64,000 bases of DNA from Octopus bimaculoides (GCF_001194135.2 NC_068982.1:68674224-68738223), one strand, 5' to 3'; shown: positions 37,131 to 50,179, numbered from the stretch's first letter. The notes: generated by a model from the sequence alone, not told the origin. A program made the numbers and translations.

Positions 37131-40100
37131 ACTATCCACAACCTCAAGAGAGCTCCTGGGTATTTAAGAAAATTTAATTCCCATGTACCTCAGAATTACT
37201 GAAGATTTTAGTTAAGTAGGAAAAAAGATAAAACTCTGTAACCACTAGGGAAATGCCATGCTGTTACTGGAAAAGGAGTAAGGAAGAATTCCATATGGTG
37301 TACTCAATGTGAACTATGGGTGCATAATACATACACTGAGATCACAGGTAGGCTGGTAGAAAAACAAAAAACAATGACATACATACAAGAGTAGTTAGAG
37401 CACCTGTGAGATAAATTCTTTCAATGTTTGGAGGCTCTCATAGTAGTTGAGAACTTCTGTTACCTAGGTGACTGAAGTAGCAGTGGAGGGTATTCTGAAA
37501 GAATAGTAGCTAGAATAAGAACATGGTGGCTACAACTTCTACCAGAGACAAAGGGAGTCTCTTTTTGAGCAAAAAATGGAAAGTATAAAGTATGATGTTG
37601 CCTGGGAGCGACAAATTGTAGATATTCAAGCAGTGTTGTTGTCGGTACTTCTGTCAATAACATGTCTGCTCAGTTCATGTTTTCGAAGCTGTATGGAATA
37701 AGAGATTCCTGACTTGAAAAACAGGTAAGGATTAGCATCAGGAATAGTATCTGGTTGTAAAACAATGCACAAAACATATTTGTTAGATTGGAAAAAACAA
37801 ACATAAAACATATGTGTGTAAAAAAAAAAATCCAATTTTATAGAGTAGAAATAAAAACTAAAGAACTTCTAAGAACTGTGTTGTTAAGAAGCTCACTTTT
37901 CAACCATCAGGTTATAATCCCACAGTGCAGTACTTGAAGAAAGTACTGCAAAGTGGGATTATATATATATATATATATATATATAATCATTATCATCCTT
38001 ATCTATTACATCTGCTTTCCATGCCAGCATGGGTTAGATGGGTCATGATGGTTAGAGCCAGGGGGCTTGTTTCACTTGAGTTTCCTTTTTGGTTTGGTTT
38101 CTAAGGCTTTCTAATACCAAGCACCAACTGCTTTACAGTTTATGAGTTGCTGTTTATGTGGGACCAGCAAGCCTAAAAGACTCTCAACCCACACCTAACA
38201 GATAGCACTGGATGCATATTTTCTGATACTTGCACAAGAGTGAGAGCCATATTCTCAATGCAATTAAAGGGGTCTGACAAAACCATGCCATGTGTCATCA
38301 TCATCATCACTTAACACCCATTTTTCATGTCGGCATGCTTGGATGGTTTAACAGGATCTAGTGAGATGCAGTACCGTGTTGAGCTCCAATGTCAGGTTTG
38401 GCCATGGCTGGATCTCCTTTATGCTAACACTTTACAATGCATGTATATCTATATAAAGAAATATGTAATGACCATTATTAATACCTTGTCTCATATATCA
38501 CTATGTAAAAATACAGTATAACTGGAACACAACCATGAATTTACAATATAGAATGGTGATGAACTATAACTTCAGACCTTGTCTGCAGAGGTCTTCACTA
38601 ATCTAAACAATATTGTTAGCCTGGTGTACTAACAGAGAGCTTATAAGGTATTTTGCCCCGACTGATAATCTCTCACTAATAACTACATACAAAGATATTT
38701 CTCATCATCATCATAAATTCACTTTCCATGCCAGCATGGTTTGGAAGCACTGGCCACAAAAAACTGGGTCTTTTAAATAAAAATACCCCGTGTCAGACAT
38801 TCCCATGTCATTTCACCATCATAAATGCAGTGCACCAGTAATTGGCTTATTGTTCACTAATTGTGATATAAAATATAAGTCAGCTACAAATGGTAATTTT
38901 CTTGGGAGAGCATACCTTAAAAAACATAACATAGGTATATTATAACCATAAACAGAGCGTTACATTAGCACTTCAGTAGACTATTTGAGGAAATAATAAG
39001 GATTTCTAACATGGCACAAGATCACACATTTTAGAAGATGGGTACAATTGATTTAATTGGCACCAGATGGATGAAAGGTTAAGTCAACTCTGGTAACAGT
39101 GAATATATAGCTACATGTTCATGAAAGGAAAAGACATTCTATTAAATTTCTTAGGAAAACTACAACAGTGAAAAATAACAATTGCAGTCCTAAAATAATG
39201 CAAGTGCCAACAAAGAAATGTATTTGATATTTCTGAGTAGCATGCCATCATAAATCTTAGAGTAGTGATGTTGAAACTGATGGCTATTTTAATTATACTA
39301 TCAGAGAAAGTAATTAACCAGTTCTATATACATCTACAGATGCAATACCTGAACACATCGTTAGTGTAGTTGTATCTTAAAATCATTGGGTGTTTTGGCT
39401 TTTATAACATACACCACACCCTCATTCAGGCTACCCAGTTTAGGTTGATCAACCCTAGACATGTGTCCAAGTGGCATTCTACTAACCCCACCAGTGGAAT
39501 GTGCAAAGGCATCAAAGTCATCAGAATGTTTTCTTTGTGGCCTTTGTGTTGTTCTTGATCCAAATAGAATAACATACCAGAGACTGATAAGGATGGAAAC
39601 ATAAAACATATTGGAGTGCATGAAATCAGGATGGAAATGTAGAAATGTAATGATAAATGAAAACTTGATCAATCGTATATACCAGCATTGATTGAATGAA
39701 CACTTAACATATGTAATATTATTATGGAATACTTCAAGACAAGATACAGAATTAAATTACAGGAAACCATGCTAAAGCTCATGTTGGAGCTTAATGCAGC
39801 CTTGCAGCTTGTTGGATGTGAAACCATCCAACCCACACCAGCATGGAGAATGGATGATAATGATAGTATGGTTAAAGAGACATATGCATGCTTTAAATAT
39901 GTTAACAAAATGCTGCACAATTGAATCACAAGACTCTTTTGTCAGTAAAGAGGATTTACTCTACATATTACATAGAAGGCCTTGAAATGTAAGATTTTCT
40001 TGTTTGGTGCCAATAGACTGGTAATAGGATTATAAGTACTGGTCTAGATATTGTGTTCAGTTAAGCAATATATTTAAACAAAAATATTAAGCTTTATGAT

Positions 40101-41045
40101 CAAAATTAAATTGTACAGAGTCAGTTGATACAACTTTTGTTTGCTTAAAGTGGAATGTTAAGAAACAATTTTAAGTTATATATCATGATACAAAATATAT
40201 ACACACTGAAGAGTACTGAATAAAAACGAGGAGAAACAATAGTAAATTGACTGGTATATTTATAGAAATGTATTGATTTAATTGGTTAAATGTTCAGAAA
40301 AAAAAAAAGCTGGAATGGAAGGGAAAAATGTTGAATGATGTTTTAGAAATAAATCAAATAAAATTTGTCACTTATAGGCTTCAATTCACTGTAGGATATG
40401 ATGTTTATGTAAATCTAAACCAGAGTTACAGCCGAGTAATGTAGTTGTTAGCTGGCGGTACAGGAATATGGCACAGTGATGACATACACCGCCTTTTTAA
40501 TTCAACCAATTACAAGAGGCACCAGATGTAGACCGAATTGTTTTAAGTACTTACTGATGTTTACAAACAATAAAATTGTATCCATGAATACATATTTGCA
40601 TGAATGTTTGCATGCATGTGTCTGCTTGTTAATGTAGAATATAATGAAACCACAGCCTCAAACTTTCCATGGGAGACATTGAATTTAGCATTCACATACT
40701 ATAAGTCAGAGGTATTTTAACTGTACAGCAAAGAAAATAAAATCTGTAAAATAAATAATTATTCTATATTGTCAAAAAACGGTACATCAAATTCCTATAT
40801 GACAAGCAAAGAGGAAATCATTTTCTTCCTCAGGTTTTTATAGTTATAGAAATTATTTTCCAACTTACAGATAATATTTACAAAAAAAAAAAAATGTCTC
40901 AAGTTTCAATTATTTCTTCAAAGAAAACAACAGTATTTGAGACTCTCTTCATTATCTTGACGTTTGGAAACTGAAGTTTGACAAAAATACGTCTGTGACA
41001 TATCTGAGTTGTAATGAAACTTTAATCCATACTTCTTAAAATTAA

Positions 41046-42659
41046 TTATTCGCGTCGCCTTTGTTTGCTTCGACTTGATTCATAGTCTTTACTACTGGAT
41101 CGGGAATCCACATGAGTAGGACGTTTTTGTCCTCCGTGTTTGGCTTCCGTTAAGAATTTATCTAAACCAAAAGGATCAGGATCTTCTTCAAACTGAACAG
41201 GGCCATCTCGCTTCCGTGATTTATCAGTTCCGGCAAAACCTTTCTCTGCTTCAAATCTCTTTGTTTTCATAATTGTTTCAAGATCATCACCATACATCTC
41301 TTTATCAGCATTTTTGAATGGTTTATAAATCGAATCAGCAATACTTCGATCTTGGCGCCAGGGTTTATCATACACATTATAGGCCTCATCATCACCAAAC
41401 CCACTGTCCATTCCTTTAGTTCTATTAAAGAGTCTCTGATCAAACTGAACTTCCTGAGAGTCTCCAACTCCTGTATTTGGAAGACCTAACGCAATAATTT
41501 CACTGACATCACGTTCTCTTTCACGTTGCAATTTAGATCGTTTATCAGGTGCAGCTCTGGCCAAATTACGATCTCGTTGTCTGTCTTTTGATCTCTCTTT
41601 TCGCAGTTCATCTCTTTCGGCAACCTCTTCTTCTTTTTCTTCCCTACGAATTCCAGCGCGTTCTTCACGGGCTTTCTGGGCAAGTAAACGCAAATTACCT
41701 TCTTTTTTCTCCTTTTCTTTCTGAGCCATTTTTTTCTCAATTTGCGCTCGCATCTCAACAGCTTCTCTAGCTTTTCTGTCAGCTATATACAAGGCTTCGG
41801 CTAATTTAGCAAAGTTTTCGTTGATGTGTACACCTTGTAAACCTCGACCGTCAGCAGCCAACCGTTTATCAAGAGGAATTGTATAACCTTTAGCATTTTT
41901 CCAATTAGATATACAAGGTGGTATTTTCCATTCCTGCTGTTCTTTAACAGTTACTTTTCTGTTGGGAGAATGAAGAACAGGTGCAGGTGGTGAAGGGGGA
42001 CCCCTTGGAATTTTTTTGTTTACTTTGAAACGCGCTGGTTCCATTGGATCTTTCTGAACATCAACCATGCGTATAATTCTTTGTTTAGCACCAGAATTAT
42101 ACGAGACTCCTTGTTGTGAAGGTGTGTATCTAATATATTGGGCTGGAGCCTGCTTATCAGCGTGACGTACAGGCATTGCAGCTGACATTTTACTGGAAAC
42201 AATTTTCTCCAGTGCCAGTCTTGTTTTCTCCGTTGTTTCCTCAATTTTTTCTGTATCTGGACGTTCCAGTTCTGGATCATTATCGTCAACATTTTTAGGA
42301 ACAAGATCTTGAAATTTAGAATGAACAACTTTATCCTTACCGTGACCCTGTTTGGCGATTGCATCGTATTTAATTTTTCCTTGTGAATCCAGTTGCATAG
42401 CCAAAGAATTCGAACTCGACTTTTTAAGGCCCATTCCAAGTGGGTACTGAACCACATGGATTTCAGGAAAAGCCCCGCCATCGCCAAAGTCTTCTTGAGT
42501 CCTTGGGATCCAGTTCTTCCTGTGTCCATACGGAGGTGCAGCACGTATGCTCTTTACAGTCACATGCTGCATGTAAAGTTTATGTCGTTCTTCATCTTCG
42601 TCATCCCGATCGTACACTTTCTGAGAGGGTTGTGGTAGAAATTGTGACAATGTAGACAT
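41046..42659 (-). CDS. SNW1: SNW domain-containing protein 1 (SKIP/Prp45/Bx42), 537 aa, CDS without introns
   Basis: One uninterrupted ORF containing DFGDGGAFPEIHV.QYPLGMG, the proline-rich GPPSPPAPVLHSP, the eponymous ISNWKNAKGYTIPLDKRLAADGRGLQ, the coiled coil, and C-terminal YDQ-like FDQRLFN and FEEDPDPFGLDKFL motifs. Confidence 0.98.
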   Translation of the reverse strand: MSTLSQFLPQPSQKVYDRDDEDEERHKLYMQHVTVKSIRAAPPYGHRKNWIPRTQEDFGDGGAFPEIHVVQYPLGMGLKKSSSNSLAMQLDSQGKIKYDAIAKQGHGKDKVVHSKFQDLVPKNVDDNDPELERPDTEKIEETTEKTRLALEKIVSSKMSAAMPVRHADKQAPAQYIRYTPSQQGVSYNSGAKQRIIRMVDVQKDPMEPARFKVNKKIPRGPPSPPAPVLHSPNRKVTVKEQQEWKIPPCISNWKNAKGYTIPLDKRLAADGRGLQGVHINENFAKLAEALYIADRKAREAVEMRAQIEKKMAQKEKEKKEGNLRLLAQKAREERAGIRREEKEEEVAERDELRKERSKDRQRDRNLARAAPDKRSKLQRERERDVSEIIALGLPNTGVGDSQEVQFDQRLFNRTKGMDSGFGDDEAYNVYDKPWRQDRSIADSIYKPFKNADKEMYGDDLETIMKTKRFEAEKGFAGTDKSRKRDGPVQFEEDPDPFGLDKFLTEAKHGGQKRPTHVDSRSSSKDYESSRSKQRRRE

Positions 42660-42697
42660 TTTTTCATCAAACCGTAAACGTCTATGGCAACAAATAT

Positions 42698-42710
42698 GGA
42701 GGTAACTCTC
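42698..42710 (-). promoter_or_regulatory. Motif GAGAGTTACCTCC, 38 nt upstream of the SNW1 ATG
   Basis: See the NDUFB8 counterpart. An RFX X-box-like half site GTTGCCATAG lies next to it (42682-42691). Confidence 0.35.
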
Positions 42711-45700
42711 GTTTACAAACTCTCACGTGAAAACAGGATGTTAAACACCGTTACGTATTTTACTACTTATTTACTAATTTAATCAATAATAATTAAAAAA
42801 ATTACAGTTATTATGTATTATATGATTTATTATATATTTCATTTTACAAGAAAAAGCTTAGTGCAACAAATTCGAATCTATGTCTATTCGGCAATATGGC
42901 GACTTTGTTATGGTTGGTATGGCGATGTTTGTTATTGTTAATATAAAGTTTACTTATTACACAGATTTAGGAATTTTATGTTTCGACAATATTAAACAGG
43001 ATTAACCACTAAATTTAGAACAAATCTTAATAAGACATTTATTTCTAATATTATGAGCACATTGACCCAGAATATGACTAATTGACGGTTGTTGCTAAGA
43101 CAACTTTACCTTAACAACAGCCCGGCTGCGTGTAAATTGTCTCCAACATAGCTTCAGATATCTTCGGGTGGTGCTCGTTTAAACTCACTGAAAATGACCA
43201 CCTGAATCTGCTATAATCCACTCTGTGCTGCTTAAGAACATTTGTAAATGTGTATGTATTTTATCTTTTGTAATGCTGGCAATGCTTTGGATTTTAATAA
43301 TTGCAACACTTGTTTATCCTATCAACACTGAGAAAAAAATAACAAACACGACTGTTTATTTATAAAATCGCATCTTATTTTCCCTTTTAATATCGTTGAT
43401 CCATTCTATCTGTATGTTGTGTCCTTTTATGCTAATCCCATTATTTTCCTCTGTTATATATTTGTAAAACATATTCTTTTTATGAAAGAAAAAACAATTT
43501 AAAATCTCTAAATACTTCATTATATTTATAATATATAATTAATAATTGTGTATATTTGTTTGTTAATTCAGTTAATTACTAGTAGAAATATAAATTTAAC
43601 TGCTATAAACTGTAAAAGCAAATTTGAATAAAGGCGGGAGGAACAAATATACTGTACTTTTCACTTCCATTTTCCTGCAATTAAATTTTCTAGTTGTATG
43701 CTTGTAACTTTGTATTCGCATTAATTATTGTTTTTATTAAAATCTTTGCCTAACAGTTGTCAAGTTTTATCATCGTCTTCACGCATCTTTCATTCATCCT
43801 TCCATCATTTGTGCAGCCGTCCATTCATTTATTTCAATATTATGCTTTCATTCATAATATAATGAACACAGTACACATAAACAATACAATTTAGTTTTAA
43901 TTCACTTGTACCAGAATCCGTCTTTATTTCAGCGATATGTGTTTTATTTAACGTTGTATTTTTGAAAATAAGCCTTTATTTGATAAAGAAATGCATAATG
44001 CACCTTAATCGAGCAATTTTGTGAATGGTGGATAAAAATTATTCCGTATAATTATAGTTTGGTGTACTCCCAGTTTTTGAAATGGCAATTATGTTAATAT
44101 AAATGTTTTGTAATTTTCTTTCGATATCGTGTTTATTGCACAAACCACGCACACACAAATCTACGACTTTATCCTGATTGATGTTGTTCACTAACAATAT
44201 AAAATTAGAAAGTAAGATGACAAAAAACTTCCGAAGTTAACGTTTTAGCCTACTACAAATTGAAAGTGTTTAATAATTTTTGATTGTGCCTTCCATTTTC
44301 ATGTTGATAATGAATATCAACCAGGATAAAGTAATAGTTTTTTTTTAATGTTGTGCAATGGTCATATGCAAGTTACTGAATGGTTAAAAAAATCATGGAC
44401 TTATTTTTTTTCTGACTAAAATATATAAATAAAACTTTTGAAAATTTTTCATCAACGTAATCATTTAGACATTCTGCAAAATTTCATTAAAAATATATGC
44501 ATTATGAAGAAAGTTAAGAAGCCAAGTCAGTAGGGAGATATTTAGTCATAAAAAAAAAAGGATTAAATATAGACATCCATGGTTAAGATTTAATTTTAAG
44601 ACATTGGAATATTCTGCTGATGCTCTTTTCAAAATATTGATCTATCGTTTGTTTATAAACCACAACAACTTGATCCCTTATAAGGTTTTCCGATCTCTAT
44701 CCTGCAGACGTCTATCATTTAATTAACAGTTACGCAGTTGACATAGCTAAAAATACTTAATATAATTTGCCTTTATTACTAAATTTCTGGATCTGTCTGT
44801 ATTATAAGTTTGTTATTTAAAAGTATGTAATAGAAACAAAAAAAATATTGTTTGCAATCCATAATTTCAAAGATTCTGTACCCAACCTCGATGTGTTTCA
44901 TATTACAGTTGTTAAAAAGTCAAGTCGTATCGTCTAGTTTTCTTTTATAAGTGACGAGGGTGCATGTGTACGGGATCTTCTTGATCTTGCAATTCTGTAG
45001 TTAGTAATTAATATAGCAATTATAAGATAATTCAAGAAACATCCTAAACACTATAAAGAGAAAAGCCACTCGACTTACTGGCATAAAATCACTCACTGAC
45101 ACATTTTAGCCTCTGACCCACAGCTGTGCTGTCTCCTCTTTCTATATTTTCTGCTATTAGAATGTCCTCTGTCTCTTAATTTTGAGACAGACACGTCTAC
45201 TCAGGTACTCCTAATTCACTTCTCTTTCCTCCTCTCATCACCCATGTTGTGTTCAAGCCACAAGGCTTTGCACTAGCCACTATGACCAGCCCTCTCTTCC
45301 CAGAAAGCCATCCATCTGGTGGTCCCTCCCTGTTTTTGTCTTACCTTTAGTCGTCAGCTTGCAATAGTTTAAGCAGAATATTAATAACATCAATCTCACT
45401 AAGCTCAGAAAGTCTGTGAAGGTTGTGGGCACTTTCAAAAAGAAATGTCAGCTAGGTTTTTTTCTTATTCTGTTAGAATTGTTTGTGCATCGTAATTGTA
45501 TATGTAGTAGTATTTGAAGTAACAGCGTATCCAAAGGTTTGCAATTTTCATCAGTCATCTTGAGTCTTGGATGTAGAGGCTTGAGATAAACGACCTGTAT
45601 CATGCTGCCCTCTTATAAATTGATTTTAGATGTAGTCATATGAAAGTTTTTCAGTCGCATTATTTCAACGAATGGACCATGCCTGATTGTCGTCAAACTT

Positions 45701-46569
45701 CCTCCTTTTTTTATTTATAAGTCATTTGATTTTCTTTCCAGAGTTGAACAACATGTAAAAGTCATGCATTTTGCTTTGAGCTGATTACTTAACTTATAAC
45801 ATTCTTCAGGTGTCTTGTGATTCACCTTCGTGCCTCTAGGTGATTGCACTGCATTAACTAGCACCTTTGCCCACTATGCTATGCCCATAATTAGTCATTG
45901 ACTAGCACCTTAACCCACTACACTATACCTGTAGGTATTATCAGAGTGAATTTTTAAGGCTTATAAACTGTCATTGATGTCTTATGTTGGCTCCATTCTG
46001 ATTGAATAATACAATTTTGTATTTCTGAGATGAGGAATTTTTATATTATGTATTAATTGGAATGGTGTCTTCATCTTGATTGCTACTTTCACTACTTTTC
46101 GGCTGTGTATGCCCCAACCTTCAGAAAGTAACACCCAAGATGAGGACAGCACTCCACAGTAACATAAAACATCATTGAAGGTTTAAAAGCCTTAAAAAAT
46201 TCACTCTGACACTGCCTATGGGCATACCAAAGTGGATAAAGGCGTTACTTAATGCAGTGCAGTCACCATAGAGGTTCTGAGTTCAATCCCAAACAATGAA
46301 AAAGGTTGGAACATTCAAAGCCAAAATGTAGTGAAAGCAACAACCAAGATAAGGACATCACTCCGATTAATATATATTATGACATTTTGTTAAAAATTTT
46401 CTAAATCAAATCCACAGTTCAAGAAAGCAATAGTCAAATATTCATTAAAACAAGTGGAGTTCTTTGTCCCATTATTTTATCATCTTGTTTGCATTAGACA
46501 TAACTAAATAGTTTTCTATATAACTCCATTGTATCATTCTTTTTGTTCATTTGATGATAATTGATGAGT

Positions 46570-46950
46570 CATCATCATCATCATTTAATGTTTGTTTTCC
46601 ATGCTGGTATGAGTTGGACTGTTTGACAGGAGCTGGCGAGCCAGAGGACTGTACTAAGCTCCACTGTCTACTTTGGTGGGGTTTCTACAGCTAGATGCCC
46701 TTCCTAACACCAATCATTTTACAGAGTTTACTGGCCTCTTTTTACATGGCACTTGCACAAGTGAAGCCACCAAGTAACTCATAAGACAAGATCTTCAACC
46801 GAGGAGGGAATAATATTGAGGGGCGTGGCTTTGTGTCAGGTGATGAGAGGTTAAACTATGGACAGAGCGACAGAAACAGGTATCTTGCTGTATAGGAGAC
46901 ACATGGCTATCTCAGATTGAAAAAAGAGAGAGAGAGAAACTGTGTCATGG
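46570..46950 (-). mobile_element. RTE-tail repeat (family B) plus an adjacent unclassified repeat also present at about 36080-36240
   Basis: catcatcatttaatg...ccatgctgg...gatgcccttcctaac. Both loci share caccaagtaa...gtattgag.g..gtggctttgtg.caggt...gacagaaacaggt.tcttg. Confidence 0.65.
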
Positions 46951-49900
46951 TGTATCCTAAATTATAGAGAGGTGAAAGTGGTGTATTCACTTCCTTGTAG
47001 CTTGAAGGGATGGCCTGATACACTTTCATCATTCTCTCTCTTTTTTTCCCACTTTGGGTAGCAATATATCTCTTCTATCTGCTACAGTCATATGAATATG
47101 CTATCTACTTAAAAATTCCTCATATTCAGAGTGCTCAAATTTAGTGCTACAGTTACTATGAACTTGGAGGAGTACTGCAAAGCTTTGAGTGACAGCTTGA
47201 GAAGTTGCTTTCTTAAGGCAAATGTGAAAGGGTAATTGATTGACAAAATGTAAGCGCTGCTTATTTTAGAAATTGATTTTGGCTGCACAATATCAAGTGA
47301 CTGTTGTTGATAAGGTTTTTGTTGATTGTATAAGATGGCCAGTTGTAATTTTGATGAACCTAGTGCCATTGAATATTCAGTGTTTTGAAAGTTTGTCAAA
47401 AATGTTTATTAAATTTCTGATTAGCATATGCAGCAGAAATGGTCAAACATGGAAATTTACCTTTAAATTCAAACTGAAGTGATTGAAATTGTAATACTGC
47501 AATGATTGATAAGATATTAAAATCAGATATTCCACAGATAAACTTCAGTAACTTGGTAGCAGTTGCTTACTACAATGTTTACTGTTGTTGTACTGATTAA
47601 GTTGAATGCTTTTTCAGAAATATCTTCATAAATCAAAGACAATTCACTATCACTACCAACAGGCCACTGTTGATTGAGTTTATTCAGTGTTCAAAAGAAA
47701 TTTCACTTAGATGTTTGACTGGGTGATATTGATGATTACATTGGTTCACAAATTACCTGTTGAAATATGATGATATTAATGACATACTTTTACAAAATGT
47801 CCTATCAGCTTACAGTTAAAGCATTCTTTATGGCCATACAATGTTTTTGATCCACATCAATAACAAATTTTAACCTGAATTGAAGTTGATTTCTTCACAG
47901 TTGCAACATTAGAAGTATAGTTATTCATGGTAATGCAGTCCATAATAGTAGATTTTCCCATCTAGCTTGTAGAAATGGTATCCTGTAACATAAAGATGTT
48001 TCCAGTTTTATGAGACAAGGCAATGCTTTAACAAACTATCTTCCAATTGGTTTCCTTGTTTAGTCTTCAGCAAAATTCATCTCTAGTAGGGTCTTCTGTA
48101 TTTCTTGTGTATCTAGATGTGTAGTAGTAGTTGGATATATACTAGCTTATTCTGTGTTTATATGGCTAGATCCTTGTCATAGATTGCATCCCCTATTTAT
48201 GAAGGTGGTCTTTGAATTTAATTAAATTTCAAAATTTTCGATAGTTTTATCTAAACAGAATTTTGTTTGTTTGACCAACATAGTAGATGATAAAGGCCAG
48301 CATAAAAAGTAATATCTAGCCTACATATTAAATATTTGAATTTTCAGGCTTATGTAACTTTGTTATGGATTAGAACACAGGTAGAAATTATGCACCATCT
48401 TGTATGAAAACATAAACTTTTCTGAGGACCCCCTCCTCAAAAAAAAAAAAAAAATCTGATTGTAAAGAGTGAACATGCTTCATTAATATATTACTGATAC
48501 TATTTTACCAATTTCGGAGTATGGAAATGCATAGTCAACACTGGTGGAATTTGAATTTAGAAATGTGTGACATTAAGTGAGACACAGTAAAATTAGCTTT
48601 TTATATCCTTCACACCAACTGTATCTACCTATTATTTCTTACACTATTAATAGACAATAATTCAGTGGCAATGAAGGACACCTGTCTAACTGAAGCAGGA
48701 TTAAAATGAGGATGAAGGTAGGATAAGCTTTCTTCACATTTAGGCTGTGATAACTTTCTGCACTTAAATGACAACAAAATTAAATATAGAAATTTTCATT
48801 TTATATTTCCTTTCCATGTTGGTTTGTGTTGGAAAGGCTGTCATGATTATTGTCAGTTCTTATTTGGAGTTACTTTTTTCCTTGATGGTATAATACCCCA
48901 TCTTTTTGCTTGTATGTTAAATTTTTTTATTAGGTTCTTTGGCTGGATCCCCTTCTTAGCACCAACCATCTTTATTGAGTGCATTAAGTGTGTTTCCTCA
49001 TGGCAACAGCACTAGAGAGGACCTCAACAAGACCAAAGAGACCTCTCTACTCTAGGTTCTTTTCCTTCATTTTCCAACCACTTTACATTGTGTAAAACAT
49101 TGTTGAAATTCATTTCAAACCCCATTTTGTATTTAACAATAATTACATCACCCAGCAGTTCATTGAATTGATATCTTGTGATTAGATGTTAGCTGAGGCT
49201 TTTTATTAATTAATGTGTTTGATTTTATAAACCACACATATTAGTATAATGTCTAGTTTTCCTTGCTTATATTAAGTCGGTTGGCTTTTTAAAACAGTAT
49301 CTTTATATGTTTGAATCTTGTTTTGTAACATCTGTGAAGTCCAATATTCTCATATCTAACTTAGCTACTTTCTAAATTTCCCTTGGCCTGCCTCTATTAA
49401 TGGTATCCTCTACTATCACTTTGCATCTCATATACAGCATTCATTTTCATTAACAATACAGCCTTGTGGCTCTCTGGTTCCTGTCAAATTGTTCAACCTA
49501 TGCTGAAATGGAAACTAGATGTTACATCATCATTATCATCATTGTCATCATCATCATGACGATGACCAGTTTGTCATCACTCCTGAAAACTAATGTTTCT
49601 GATGACTTCTACTTCTCAACTCACTTGTGTTCGACTTTTCTCTTAAATTAACATTACTCATCCGGCAAGCCATTTCCAATTCATTCTGCTTCAGTTGTAT
49701 TGTCTGTTTATGTCTATGCATGCATATCTTTCTACTTGATTTTCTTGTTCTTGATGCATTGTTGGTTTCAAATAACATATGATCTTCTGAATATATTAGT
49801 TCATCATTGCTGTTATTATTGCAAGGTCTGTAGCATTGAGATAACTATTCAAATTTTTGAGAGTGATCATTGCATCTAGCATATCATATAACCATGTTTC

Positions 49901-50179
49901 TGTGAATCTTCTGCATTCATTTCCTAGATTTTATTGTCATATAGCATCATATTTTTTGCATCTCATATAACCTGATTTTTATTATGAGAAAGAAACTCCT
50001 TGTCTAATTTTTTAATGTTTTTTTTTGTATTATGAATTAATTATTTAAAGGAAGATGAAGGGTTGCACCTGTGACTTTTGTAGGTTCTTCCACACTGGTT
50101 ACGCGTTGATATGGTTGATTTTTAATTTTTAATTTCCACTCCTGTTATTCATGAATGTGAGCAGAGAGAGAGAGAAGAA

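Noticed and set aside
39361-39985. Cluster of 60-100 aa ORFs downstream of SNW1
   Set aside because: No recognisable domain or consistent splice sites, and part of it overlaps an RTE tail repeat.
40468-40484. Iron-responsive element (CAGTGA loop)
   Set aside because: The bulged C is missing (A at that position), the upper stem has a G-A mismatch, and it is on the strand opposite SNW1. An H/ACA snoRNA reading on the minus strand also fails: no ANANNA box and no bipartite pocket.
41267-42655. Six short ORFs overlapping SNW1 on both strands
   Set aside because: Shadow frames of the real CDS.
45857-45930. Two-copy 44-bp-period duplication (actagcacctt..cccacta..ctat)
   Set aside because: Real but short and degenerate, with nothing suggesting function.
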